From Nitrososphaerota archaeon (lineage in GTDB: Archaea; Thermoproteota; Nitrososphaeria_A; Caldarchaeales; Calditenuaceae): DNA of 64,000 nt. The translations under genes and the position numbers were made by a program. Under the pieces are notes generated by a model. That model searched no databases. It was not told the DNA's origin and saw only the letters and a list, made by a program, of their open reading frames with translations. Positions 57,690 through 64,000 of the stretch are shown here, in pieces; position 1 is the first letter of the stretch; each line of letters starts with the position of its first letter. Location: NCBI GenBank assembly GCA_041641295.1, contig JBEPYO010000001.1, positions 128,001-192,000 on the forward strand. The letters are read 5' to 3'.

Positions 57690-57731
57690 GGCTAAGGTTC
57701 TTAAGGCGGGTGTGGCAACTCGGATGGATAG

Positions 57732-58340
57732 ATGAGTACAGGGTGGGAGCCGAAGACACTGGTTGGGAGGCTTGTCAAGGAGGGGAAAATAACCTCCATA
57801 GAAGAGTTATTCGCCAATAACTACAGGATAACCGAGCCCGAAATAGTCGATCTACTTGTCCCCAACCTCCAGCAGGAGGTAATCGACATCAAGCTCGTGC
57901 AGAGGCAGACAGACGCAGGCGAGAAGTCGCGGTATAAGGCGATAGTCGCGGTGGGCAACGGAGATGGTCTTATCGGGCTCGGAACCGCCAAGTCAACCCA
58001 GGTGGTTATGGCTATTGAAAGGGCTGTTAACAGGGCTAAGATGAACCTGATATATGTCCAGAGGGGGTGTGGCAGCTGGGAGTGCGCCTGCGGGGAGCCC
58101 CACAGCCTCCGAGTAACAGTGAAGGGTAAGTGCGGTAGTGTCGAGGTCCATCTACTCCCTGCTCCCCGCGGGCTGGGGCTTGTGGCCGGCGATATCGCCA
58201 AGATCATGCTGAGGCTGGCCGGCGTAAGCGATTGCTGGCTAAGGAGCTTCGGCGAGACGCGAACGCCATTAAGCATGGCCGGGGCTGTATACGACGCGTT
58301 AAAGAGAACAAACTACATAGTTCTGCCAAGCATGTGGTGA
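57732..58340 (+). CDS. rps5: 30S ribosomal protein uS5
   Basis: WEPKT.VGRLV, VQRQTDAGE, RGCGSWECAC, PAPRGLGL. Confidence 0.97.
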   Translation: MSTGWEPKTLVGRLVKEGKITSIEELFANNYRITEPEIVDLLVPNLQQEVIDIKLVQRQTDAGEKSRYKAIVAVGNGDGLIGLGTAKSTQVVMAIERAVNRAKMNLIYVQRGCGSWECACGEPHSLRVTVKGKCGSVEVHLLPAPRGLGLVAGDIAKIMLRLAGVSDCWLRSFGETRTPLSMAGAVYDALKRTNYIVLPSMW

Positions 58341-58347
58341 AGAGGCT

Positions 58348-58821
58348 TTGGATAAAGCCCCACCCGTGATCGTCATTAGGATCAGAGGTCCTTCCGGGAT
58401 GGACTCTGAGACAGAGTATTCACTGAGGCTTTTGAACCTGAAGAGAGCGAACCACGCAGCCATACTCCCCCTGAACCCGAGTGTTAGAGGTATCCTAAGG
58501 AAGGTTGAACCCTATGTGACTTGGGGGGAGGCCACGCCTGAGATGCTGGTTAAGCTGTTCAGGAGGGCTGATCTCCAGCCCGGTGTAAAGGTTGAGGAGG
58601 AGCTCAGCAGGCTCGGCGTCTCAAGCTATGAAGAGCTGGCTGAGAAGATCTGCAAAGGTGAGCTGGATGTTAGAGTGTTAAGAAGGATTTTCAAGCCCGC
58701 TTTTAGGCTCCATCCGCCCCGAGGAGGCTTCAAGGGGAGTATAAAGCGCCCTGTAAGTCAGAAGGGGGTCATAGGGTATGCGGGCGAGAGGATTGGAAGG
58801 CTTATAGAGGCTATGTGCTAG
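58348..58821 (+). CDS. rpl30: 50S ribosomal protein uL30
   Basis: IRIRG, YVTWGE, FRLHPPRGGF. Confidence 0.95.
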   Translation: MDKAPPVIVIRIRGPSGMDSETEYSLRLLNLKRANHAAILPLNPSVRGILRKVEPYVTWGEATPEMLVKLFRRADLQPGVKVEEELSRLGVSSYEELAEKICKGELDVRVLRRIFKPAFRLHPPRGGFKGSIKRPVSQKGVIGYAGERIGRLIEAMC

Positions 58822-58877
58822 CGGGTGGTCGGGAGGATATATATCAGGGGTTGGTGTGAGAAGTTAGGGTGTCTCTG

Positions 58878-59312
58878 ATGCCCACGAGGCTTCGGAAGGT
58901 GCGGAAGAGGCGTGGATCCCGTACGCATGGTTGGGGGCAGATAGGCCAGCATAGAAAGCATGGAGCCAAAGGAGGTCGAGGAATGGCGGGAGGACATAAG
59001 CACAAGTGGACATGGATTATAAAATACGCGCCAGACCATTTTGGGGAGAAGGGGTTCCACCCACCCACGTCAAGGGAAGTTAAAGCGATAAACTTGGACC
59101 AAGTCTCAGTGATTGCCGAGAAGCTTAAAACTAGGGGAACGGCAAAAAGTGAAGATGGAAAGATAGTAGTCGACCTCCCATCACTTGGGTATGACAAGGT
59201 TCTCGGTAAAGGCCGTCTTACCATTCCAGTAAAGATAGTGGCGAAGGCCTGGACACCTAGGGCTGAAGAGAAGATTTTAGCCTCAAACTCAGTAATAGTG
59301 GCGGCTGAATAG
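58878..59312 (+). CDS. rpl15: 50S ribosomal protein uL15
   Basis: RGSRTHGWG..GQHR, GGRGMAG, KVLGKG. Confidence 0.97.
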   Translation: MPTRLRKVRKRRGSRTHGWGQIGQHRKHGAKGGRGMAGGHKHKWTWIIKYAPDHFGEKGFHPPTSREVKAINLDQVSVIAEKLKTRGTAKSEDGKIVVDLPSLGYDKVLGKGRLTIPVKIVAKAWTPRAEEKILASNSVIVAAE

Positions 59313-59316
59313 GGAG

Positions 59317-60747
59317 ATGAGTGAGGAGAGGAGAAGGCTCGGCGAGGTTCTTACAAGACTTCTGCCAGAGGCCGCTAAGCCAATCAAGAGGCTTACGCTT
59401 TCAGAACGACTCATCTGGACAGCACTAGTCCTTGTGATATACGAGGCCATGAGCAGCACCGCACTCTACGGAGTATCAGTCTCACCCCAGCAGGCCAGCC
59501 CCCTACTCCTCAACATAATCTTCGCATCCAACATCGGTACACTAACTACCCTGGGGATAGGCCCAATAGTCACCGGTGGCCTGATCCTCCAGCTCCTCGT
59601 GGGGGCTGAGATACTGCGCCTAGACCTAAAAAAGAGTGAGGATAGAGCGCTATTCACAGCACTCAGCAAAGTCTTCACACTGGTGATAGCGATATTTCAA
59701 GGGGCGGCCTACATATTCGCGGGATACTTCGGGACGCTTACACCCACCGCACAACTCCTCGTATTCGCACAGCTCTTCTTCGCAACAGTCGTGATAATGC
59801 TGATGGACGAGCTGGTTCAGAAGGGGTGGGGTCTTGGAAGCGGGATAAGCCTCTTCATCGCCGCGGGTGTGGCTGGACAGATATTCTCCGACCTCTTCTC
59901 ACCCCTCATCCTCCAAGACGGGTACTTCCACGGAGTCATCCTCGCAGTTGTCCAGGGCTTATTCACGCCCGATGGTATTGGGCCGCTCTTCATAAGACAC
60001 GTGGCTCAACGCGGCGACATCCTTGGGCTCATATCAACCATCTCAATAATCCTGGCTCTAATCTACTTGGAGGGTGTTAGAGTCAATATTCCAATCAGCC
60101 ACTCGAGGTATAGCGGGTTTAGAGGAACATACCCGATCAAGCTGCTCTACGTCTCCAACGTCCCAGTCATCTTCGCCTCAACAATCTTCACAAACATCTA
60201 CTACCTCTCCTCAATCGTGTGGTCAAGATACAACTCGGACAACTCAAACCCGATCCTAAACCTCCTAGGCACATTCACAGTCGCCGAGGGGAGAAACCAG
60301 CCCATCCCCACCGGCGGCCTAGCCTACTACGCGCTAGGCCCATCAAACTTTACAGAGGCTGTTGCCGACCCAATAAGGTCTCTCGCCTTTGTGGGGCTTA
60401 TGGTAGGGTTCTGCCTCATGCTGGGGCGGTTCTGGATTACTGTCGGTGGGCTATCGCCTGAGAGGGTTGCAGACCAGCTAATAGCTGCAGGCATGCAGGT
60501 TCCCGGCTTCAGAAGGTCGCCTGTCATTATCTCTTCAATCCTCCGCCGATACATCTATACAGTAGCCATCATAGGTTCAATTATAGTAGGCCTCTTGGCA
60601 AGTACAGCAAACTATGTCAACGCCTTCGGGACAGGGACTGGACTACTACTAATGATTGGAATCCTCTACCAGTATTACCAGATACTGGTGAGGGAGCGCG
60701 TAGCCGAGACCTACCCGGCCCTCGCGCGGCTCGTGGGTGAGGAGTAG
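59317..60747 (+). CDS. secY: Protein translocase SecY/Sec61-alpha
   Basis: LGIGPIVT, GWGLGSGISLFIA, YPIKLLYVSNVP, GTGLLL. Confidence 0.97.
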   Translation: MSEERRRLGEVLTRLLPEAAKPIKRLTLSERLIWTALVLVIYEAMSSTALYGVSVSPQQASPLLLNIIFASNIGTLTTLGIGPIVTGGLILQLLVGAEILRLDLKKSEDRALFTALSKVFTLVIAIFQGAAYIFAGYFGTLTPTAQLLVFAQLFFATVVIMLMDELVQKGWGLGSGISLFIAAGVAGQIFSDLFSPLILQDGYFHGVILAVVQGLFTPDGIGPLFIRHVAQRGDILGLISTISIILALIYLEGVRVNIPISHSRYSGFRGTYPIKLLYVSNVPVIFASTIFTNIYYLSSIVWSRYNSDNSNPILNLLGTFTVAEGRNQPIPTGGLAYYALGPSNFTEAVADPIRSLAFVGLMVGFCLMLGRFWITVGGLSPERVADQLIAAGMQVPGFRRSPVIISSILRRYIYTVAIIGSIIVGLLASTANYVNAFGTGTGLLLMIGILYQYYQILVRERVAETYPALARLVGEE

Positions 60748-60749
60748 GG

Positions 60750-61223
60750 ATGGTTGAGGCTGCTGTCTTCGAGATATTAGGCTTCTCCGCTATGCTGGCA
60801 GTAGTCTCAGCCGGCCTTCGACGCGTAATCTTAAGCAAGGAGGACATGCTCGCAATGCAAGAGGTTACCAAATATAATCGGGAGCTCATGAAGGCATTGA
60901 GGGAGAAGGACATGAAAGCCGTGGAGAGGCTGGAGAAGAAGAAGGAATACATGCAGAAGGTCCAAGCCAAGATATTCGGAAAAAACATGATACTCATGTT
61001 AATCTCCATGGTAATCTTCTTCACCTTTTTCTTCTTCGCAAATGCGAGGTATGGCCACACACCGCTCCTAACCATGCCGCCCGGGCTCGAGCTGCCATTC
61101 ATCTCGGTGGCGGGGAAAATACAGTTTTTCGGCTGGTATCTATTGACATTCTTCGCTATCAGCCTGCCGATAAACAAGTTTTTAGGTATGAAGATTACTA
61201 CTTCAGACACCGCAAAGAAGTAG
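60750..61223 (+). CDS. DUF106 / EMC3-TMCO1 (Oxa1 superfamily) membrane protein
   Basis: TM, coiled coil, two further TMs, GWY motif; conserved position after secY. Confidence 0.82.
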   Translation: MVEAAVFEILGFSAMLAVVSAGLRRVILSKEDMLAMQEVTKYNRELMKALREKDMKAVERLEKKKEYMQKVQAKIFGKNMILMLISMVIFFTFFFFANARYGHTPLLTMPPGLELPFISVAGKIQFFGWYLLTFFAISLPINKFLGMKITTSDTAKK

Positions 61224-61229
61224 GAGGAG

Positions 61230-61436
61230 GTGTTTCAGAAGTTGACTCGGAGATGCGCGTGGTGTGGCCGGCCGCTGGGGGGCGTCTCTGATGGGCGGAA
61301 GCTGCCAGCTAGTGAGAAGCGGGTGGAGAGGCTATATGGGGGATATCTCTGCCACGCCTGTCTAAGAGATGCGATTCTCAGATGGGTTGTGAAGGAGGCT
61401 GCAGCGAGCAGCCCTACAAGTCAAAGTAGTGCCTGA
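61230..61436 (+). CDS. rpl34e: 50S ribosomal protein eL34, N-terminally short form
   Basis: [11 protein letters not shown]...[15 protein letters not shown] zinc-finger core; SD AGGAGG before GTG; syntenic position. Confidence 0.85.
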   Translation: MFQKLTRRCAWCGRPLGGVSDGRKLPASEKRVERLYGGYLCHACLRDAILRWVVKEAAASSPTSQSSA

Positions 61437-61989
61437 CGGCCAAGTACACTATCTCAAAAACCTCCTCACCACTAAGGCGCGAAGTGTCCAATATGAGGTG
61501 GAATGGGGTATAATCCTCGCCCAGCTTCATGCCATACAGACGATGGTAGAGTTCCACGTTTCTTGCATCTCGCTCATCCAGTATCCTTCGCGCCTCCTCG
61601 AGTCTGAGCCCAGCCCTCTTGGCCAGCCTCTCCGCCCTCACCTCTTTATCCGCCTTGAGCCAGACCTTGAACCCGCCGTCGAAGAGCCATGGTAAGACCC
61701 AGCTATCAATAACGACCCCGCCACGCCGAGCCAACCTGAGAAGCTCCTCATCAACCATCCTGTCCAGGCTCCCATCCCTCTCCCTCAGTGCTAGAAACTG
61801 CATACCTGCCTCACTCTCCCACCACCTGTTCCCAGATGTGTCGAAGCCCCTCTGCTTGGCGATCGATTTCAAAGCCTCTCCCCCAGAGTAGCGTTCAACA
61901 CCCAGCCTCTCGGCGAGAAGGCGCGATAAGGTACTCTTCCCCGAAGCCGCTAGACCACTCACTATAACCACGATGTCCGTCTTAGGCAC
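61414..61989 (-). CDS. cmk: Cytidylate kinase (archaeal type)
   Basis: [19 protein letters not shown]...RAER, LILDTS. GTG 61989 fits upstream TTTTTAA better than the track start 62031. Confidence 0.9.
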   Translation of the reverse strand: MPKTDIVVIVSGLAASGKSTLSRLLAERLGVERYSGGEALKSIAKQRGFDTSGNRWWESEAGMQFLALRERDGSLDRMVDEELLRLARRGGVVIDSWVLPWLFDGGFKVWLKADKEVRAERLAKRAGLRLEEARRILDERDARNVELYHRLYGMKLGEDYTPFHLILDTSRLSGEEVFEIVYLAVRHYFDL

Positions 61990-62080
61990 AGATATTGATT
62001 CGCATAGCGAGTTAAAAAGGGTAGAGATCACTGCGCGGCTGAGATTTATTACAGGGCATTAGTGATAGGTGGATTCAGGT

Positions 62081-62362
62081 ATGGTGGCCGAGATTGGAAG
62101 AATAGTGGTGAAGGTTGCAGGGCGCGACGCCGGTCTAAAAGGAGTTGTAGTGAATGTTGTAGGAGGCAATAGGGTACTCGTTACTGGTCCGCCCGGCTTA
62201 ACTGGTCTTAGGAGGCGCGCCGTAAACATCCTCCACATCCTGCCAACACAGTATAAGATCGAGGTGAAGAGGGACGCGAGTGATGAGGAGGTGGTAAAGG
62301 CACTGGAGGAGAGTGGGCTTATCGACTACATGAAGAGGAGGGCTGAGATATCTAGGTGGTAG
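62081..62362 (+). CDS. rpl14e: 50S ribosomal protein eL14
   Basis: [28 protein letters not shown]. Confidence 0.95.
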   Translation: MVAEIGRIVVKVAGRDAGLKGVVVNVVGGNRVLVTGPPGLTGLRRRAVNILHILPTQYKIEVKRDASDEEVVKALEESGLIDYMKRRAEISRW

Positions 62363-63409
62363 GCATTTTCCTACGGCACAGCGTAAGCCCCTGGCCTGCT
62401 GAACGCGAATACGTAACCATCAAGGAGGCCGAAACAGACCCGCGATACGGCTCTAGACCTGAGGAACGCCCAATCCAAGACATGCTCAACTATGGCTACA
62501 TCCCCTTGGACAAGCCCCGCGGCCCCACAAGCGGCGAGATAACCGAGCGGGTCAGAAGACTGCTGGGAGTTGAGAGGGCTGGGCACGGCGGGACCCTAGA
62601 CCCTAACGGGTGGGGGAGATCCCGCAGTCTCCGGGCTACTCCCAATCCTCCTAGGAAACGCAACAAAGGCCTCTGCGGAGATCCACACTTACCCGAAGGA
62701 GTACGTCTGCCTGCTTAGGCTCCACGGAGACGTCGACGACAACGACCTCGAGTGGGGGCTCTCACAGTTCATCGGAGAGTTCTACCAGACACCGCCCGTG
62801 AGGTCCAACGTCGCGAGACAGGTCAGGAAGAAGGAATTGTTCGAGGCCGAGGTCTTGGAGAGGGATGGGCGCGACGTCCTCCTAAGAATGATCGTAAGCG
62901 GCGGCACATACGTCCGAAAGCTCTGCCACGACTTAGGACTGGTCCTTGGTGTTGGGGCCCACATGGTCGAGCTGAGGCGCATACGGATAGGCCCCAAGTC
63001 TGAGAAGGAAGCGGTAACAGTCCAGCAGCTACAGCGCGCAGCCTGGCAGTACCGTGAGGGCGGGGATGAGAAGATGCTGCGCAGCATCGTCAGACCCATA
63101 GAGGAGCTCCTAGAATACATACCCAGAATAGTCGTCCTCGACTCTGCAGTCGACGCCATCTGCCACGGCGCACCCCTAGCCAAGCCCGGAGTCGCCCAAG
63201 CAGAGACAAGAATCACCCGAGGAGCAACAATCGGAATCTACACACTTAAGGGCGAGATAGTCGCAATAGCCAAAGCATTAAAATCCACTGAAGAAATCCT
63301 GAGAGAAGGGGGAATCATAGCCAAGACCGACAGGGTCTTCATGGCGCGAGGCACCTACCCCCCAAGATGGGGGAAAGGAAAATCTAAAACAAGCCAGCCC
63401 ACAACATAA
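62356..63409 (+). CDS. cbf5: H/ACA pseudouridine synthase Cbf5, split by a 19-nt intron (exons 62356-62599 and 62619-63409; 344 aa spliced)
   Basis: Upstream frame LDKPRGPTS...GHGGTL; downstream frame DPAVSGLLP...KEYV...[12 protein letters not shown]...ELRR and PUA domain; removing 19 nt restores [12 protein letters not shown]. Confidence 0.95.
62600..62618 (+). other. Archaeal BHB-type mRNA intron in cbf5
   Basis: Outer helix GCGGGA(62588-93)/TCCCGC(62620-25), central helix CCCT/GGGG, two AGA bulges (62598-600, 62617-19); cutting after the second bulge base splits the Asp codon G/AT. Confidence 0.9.
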
Positions 63410-63415
63410 CAGAGG

Positions 63416-63501
63416 GCCGGGGTGGCAGAGAGGTCAATGCGCAGGCCTGGAGAGCCTGTGGCCCGTTTCGGGCCGCGAGGGTTCGAATCCCTCCCCCGGC
63501 G
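63416..63501 (+). tRNA. tRNA-Ser(GGA)
   Basis: Acceptor GCCGGGG/CCCCGGC, anticodon arm CAGGC-CTGGAGA-GCCTG, long variable arm, T arm GAGGG-TTCGAAT-CCCTC, discriminator G; CCA not encoded at the discriminator. Confidence 0.96.
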
Positions 63502-63617
63502 TACCAAATGCGGGTTATAGATAACGTCAGGCTGGAAGAAAGGCATTTACTAATCCGTCAATTCCGGCTCAAACAATATCCAGCGCTTAGCCCATCTTAC
63601 AAGCGATAAATCAGCTG

Positions 63618-63710
63618 TGCGGCGGGCGGGATTTGAACCCGCGACCCCCAGCGTGGCAGGCTTCCACGCATCTATGTGCTTGGTGTCCTACCAGGCTAGA
63701 CTACCGCCGC
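63618..63710 (-). tRNA. tRNA-Gly(GCC) with 19-nt intron at position 29/30 (intron 63662-63680)
   Basis: Minus strand GCGGCGG-TA-GTCTAGCCTGGTAGGAC-A-CCA[AGCACATAGATGCGTGGAA]GC-CTGCCAC-GCTGG-GGGTC-GCGGGTTCAAATCCCGC-CCGCCGC-A; TATA TTTTATA about 25 nt upstream. Confidence 0.93.
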
Positions 63711-63815
63711 TTCAAGGGTTCAGGTATGAAGCCTGTATAAAAATTCTAGAGGCGGGAATCACTCCGCTGCCCCTCATCACCTATATCTAGTTGGGCGGGC
63801 GTTTCTTCTGTAGGT

Positions 63816-64000
63816 TTGGCCGCGGCTGTTGAGGTGGATGGTGTCTGGAAGTTTTTCGGGGAGCGCGCGGCTTTGAAGGGAGTCAGCTTCAGGGTCAGTC
63901 CAGGTGAGGTTTTCGGCCTGATTGGACCAAACGGCGCAGGGAAGACGACATGTTTCCGGATACTCGCCACAATTTTGAGGCCCAGTAGGGGTGGTGCAAA
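63816..64000 (+). CDS. ABC transporter ATP-binding protein (3'-partial, not in ORF track)
   Basis: Manual translation ...[53 protein letters not shown]; Walker A; runs off the window. Confidence 0.9.
   Translation, partial: MAAAVEVDGVWKFFGERAALKGVSFRVSPGEVFGLIGPNGAGKTTCFRILATILRPSRGGA

Noticed and set aside
62356-63409. cbf5 as a pseudogene, sequencing error or programmed frameshift
   Set aside because: The disruption is a discrete 19-nt insert at the known intron site with BHB geometry, and both exons are intact.
1-64000. Many 60-200 aa ORFs antisense or out of frame to assigned genes; CRISPR arrays, IS elements, proviruses
   Set aside because: The short ORFs are shadows of real genes with no motifs; no repeat-spacer array, transposase, integrase or viral gene was seen by eye.

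Overview
Gene-dense chromosome segment from an archaeon, probably a thermophile of the TACK group. SMC-ScpA-ScpB, a crenarchaeal-type PolB1, eL14/eL34, a uL10/P0 without an acidic tail and an intron-split cbf5 together suggest an Aigarchaeota-like lineage (inference only). Most of the window is housekeeping: condensin, topo VI-B, ribosomal proteins, SecE/SecY, AlaRS, DnaG, FEN1, Cdc48, PolB1, CTP synthase and two tRNAs. Main points of interest: (1) cbf5 is split by a 19-nt bulge-helix-bulge mRNA intron inside the catalytic Asp codon, and the nearby tRNA-Gly(GCC) has a 19-nt intron at non-canonical position 29/30. (2) A membrane-anchored three-domain Ser-CAT copper nitrite reductase plus SCO lies opposite a Cys-rich HTH_10 regulator, with a 10-bp-phased TATGCA array between them. 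The same half-site forms a perfect palindrome in front of a distant hydantoinase/oxoprolinase operon. (3) A ~12 kb lower-GC block encodes a peptide ABC transporter, racemase, prolidase and hydantoinase A/B. (4) The SMC hinge is degenerate and carries a Cys cluster. (5) A GT-C glycosyltransferase is fused to an apparently inactive GH18-like barrel. (6) Normally conserved operons are locally inverted or broken up, and convergent genes overlap at their 3' ends. No CRISPR array, rRNA, transposase or integrase was seen. All assignments come from motif recognition by eye; no database searches were run.
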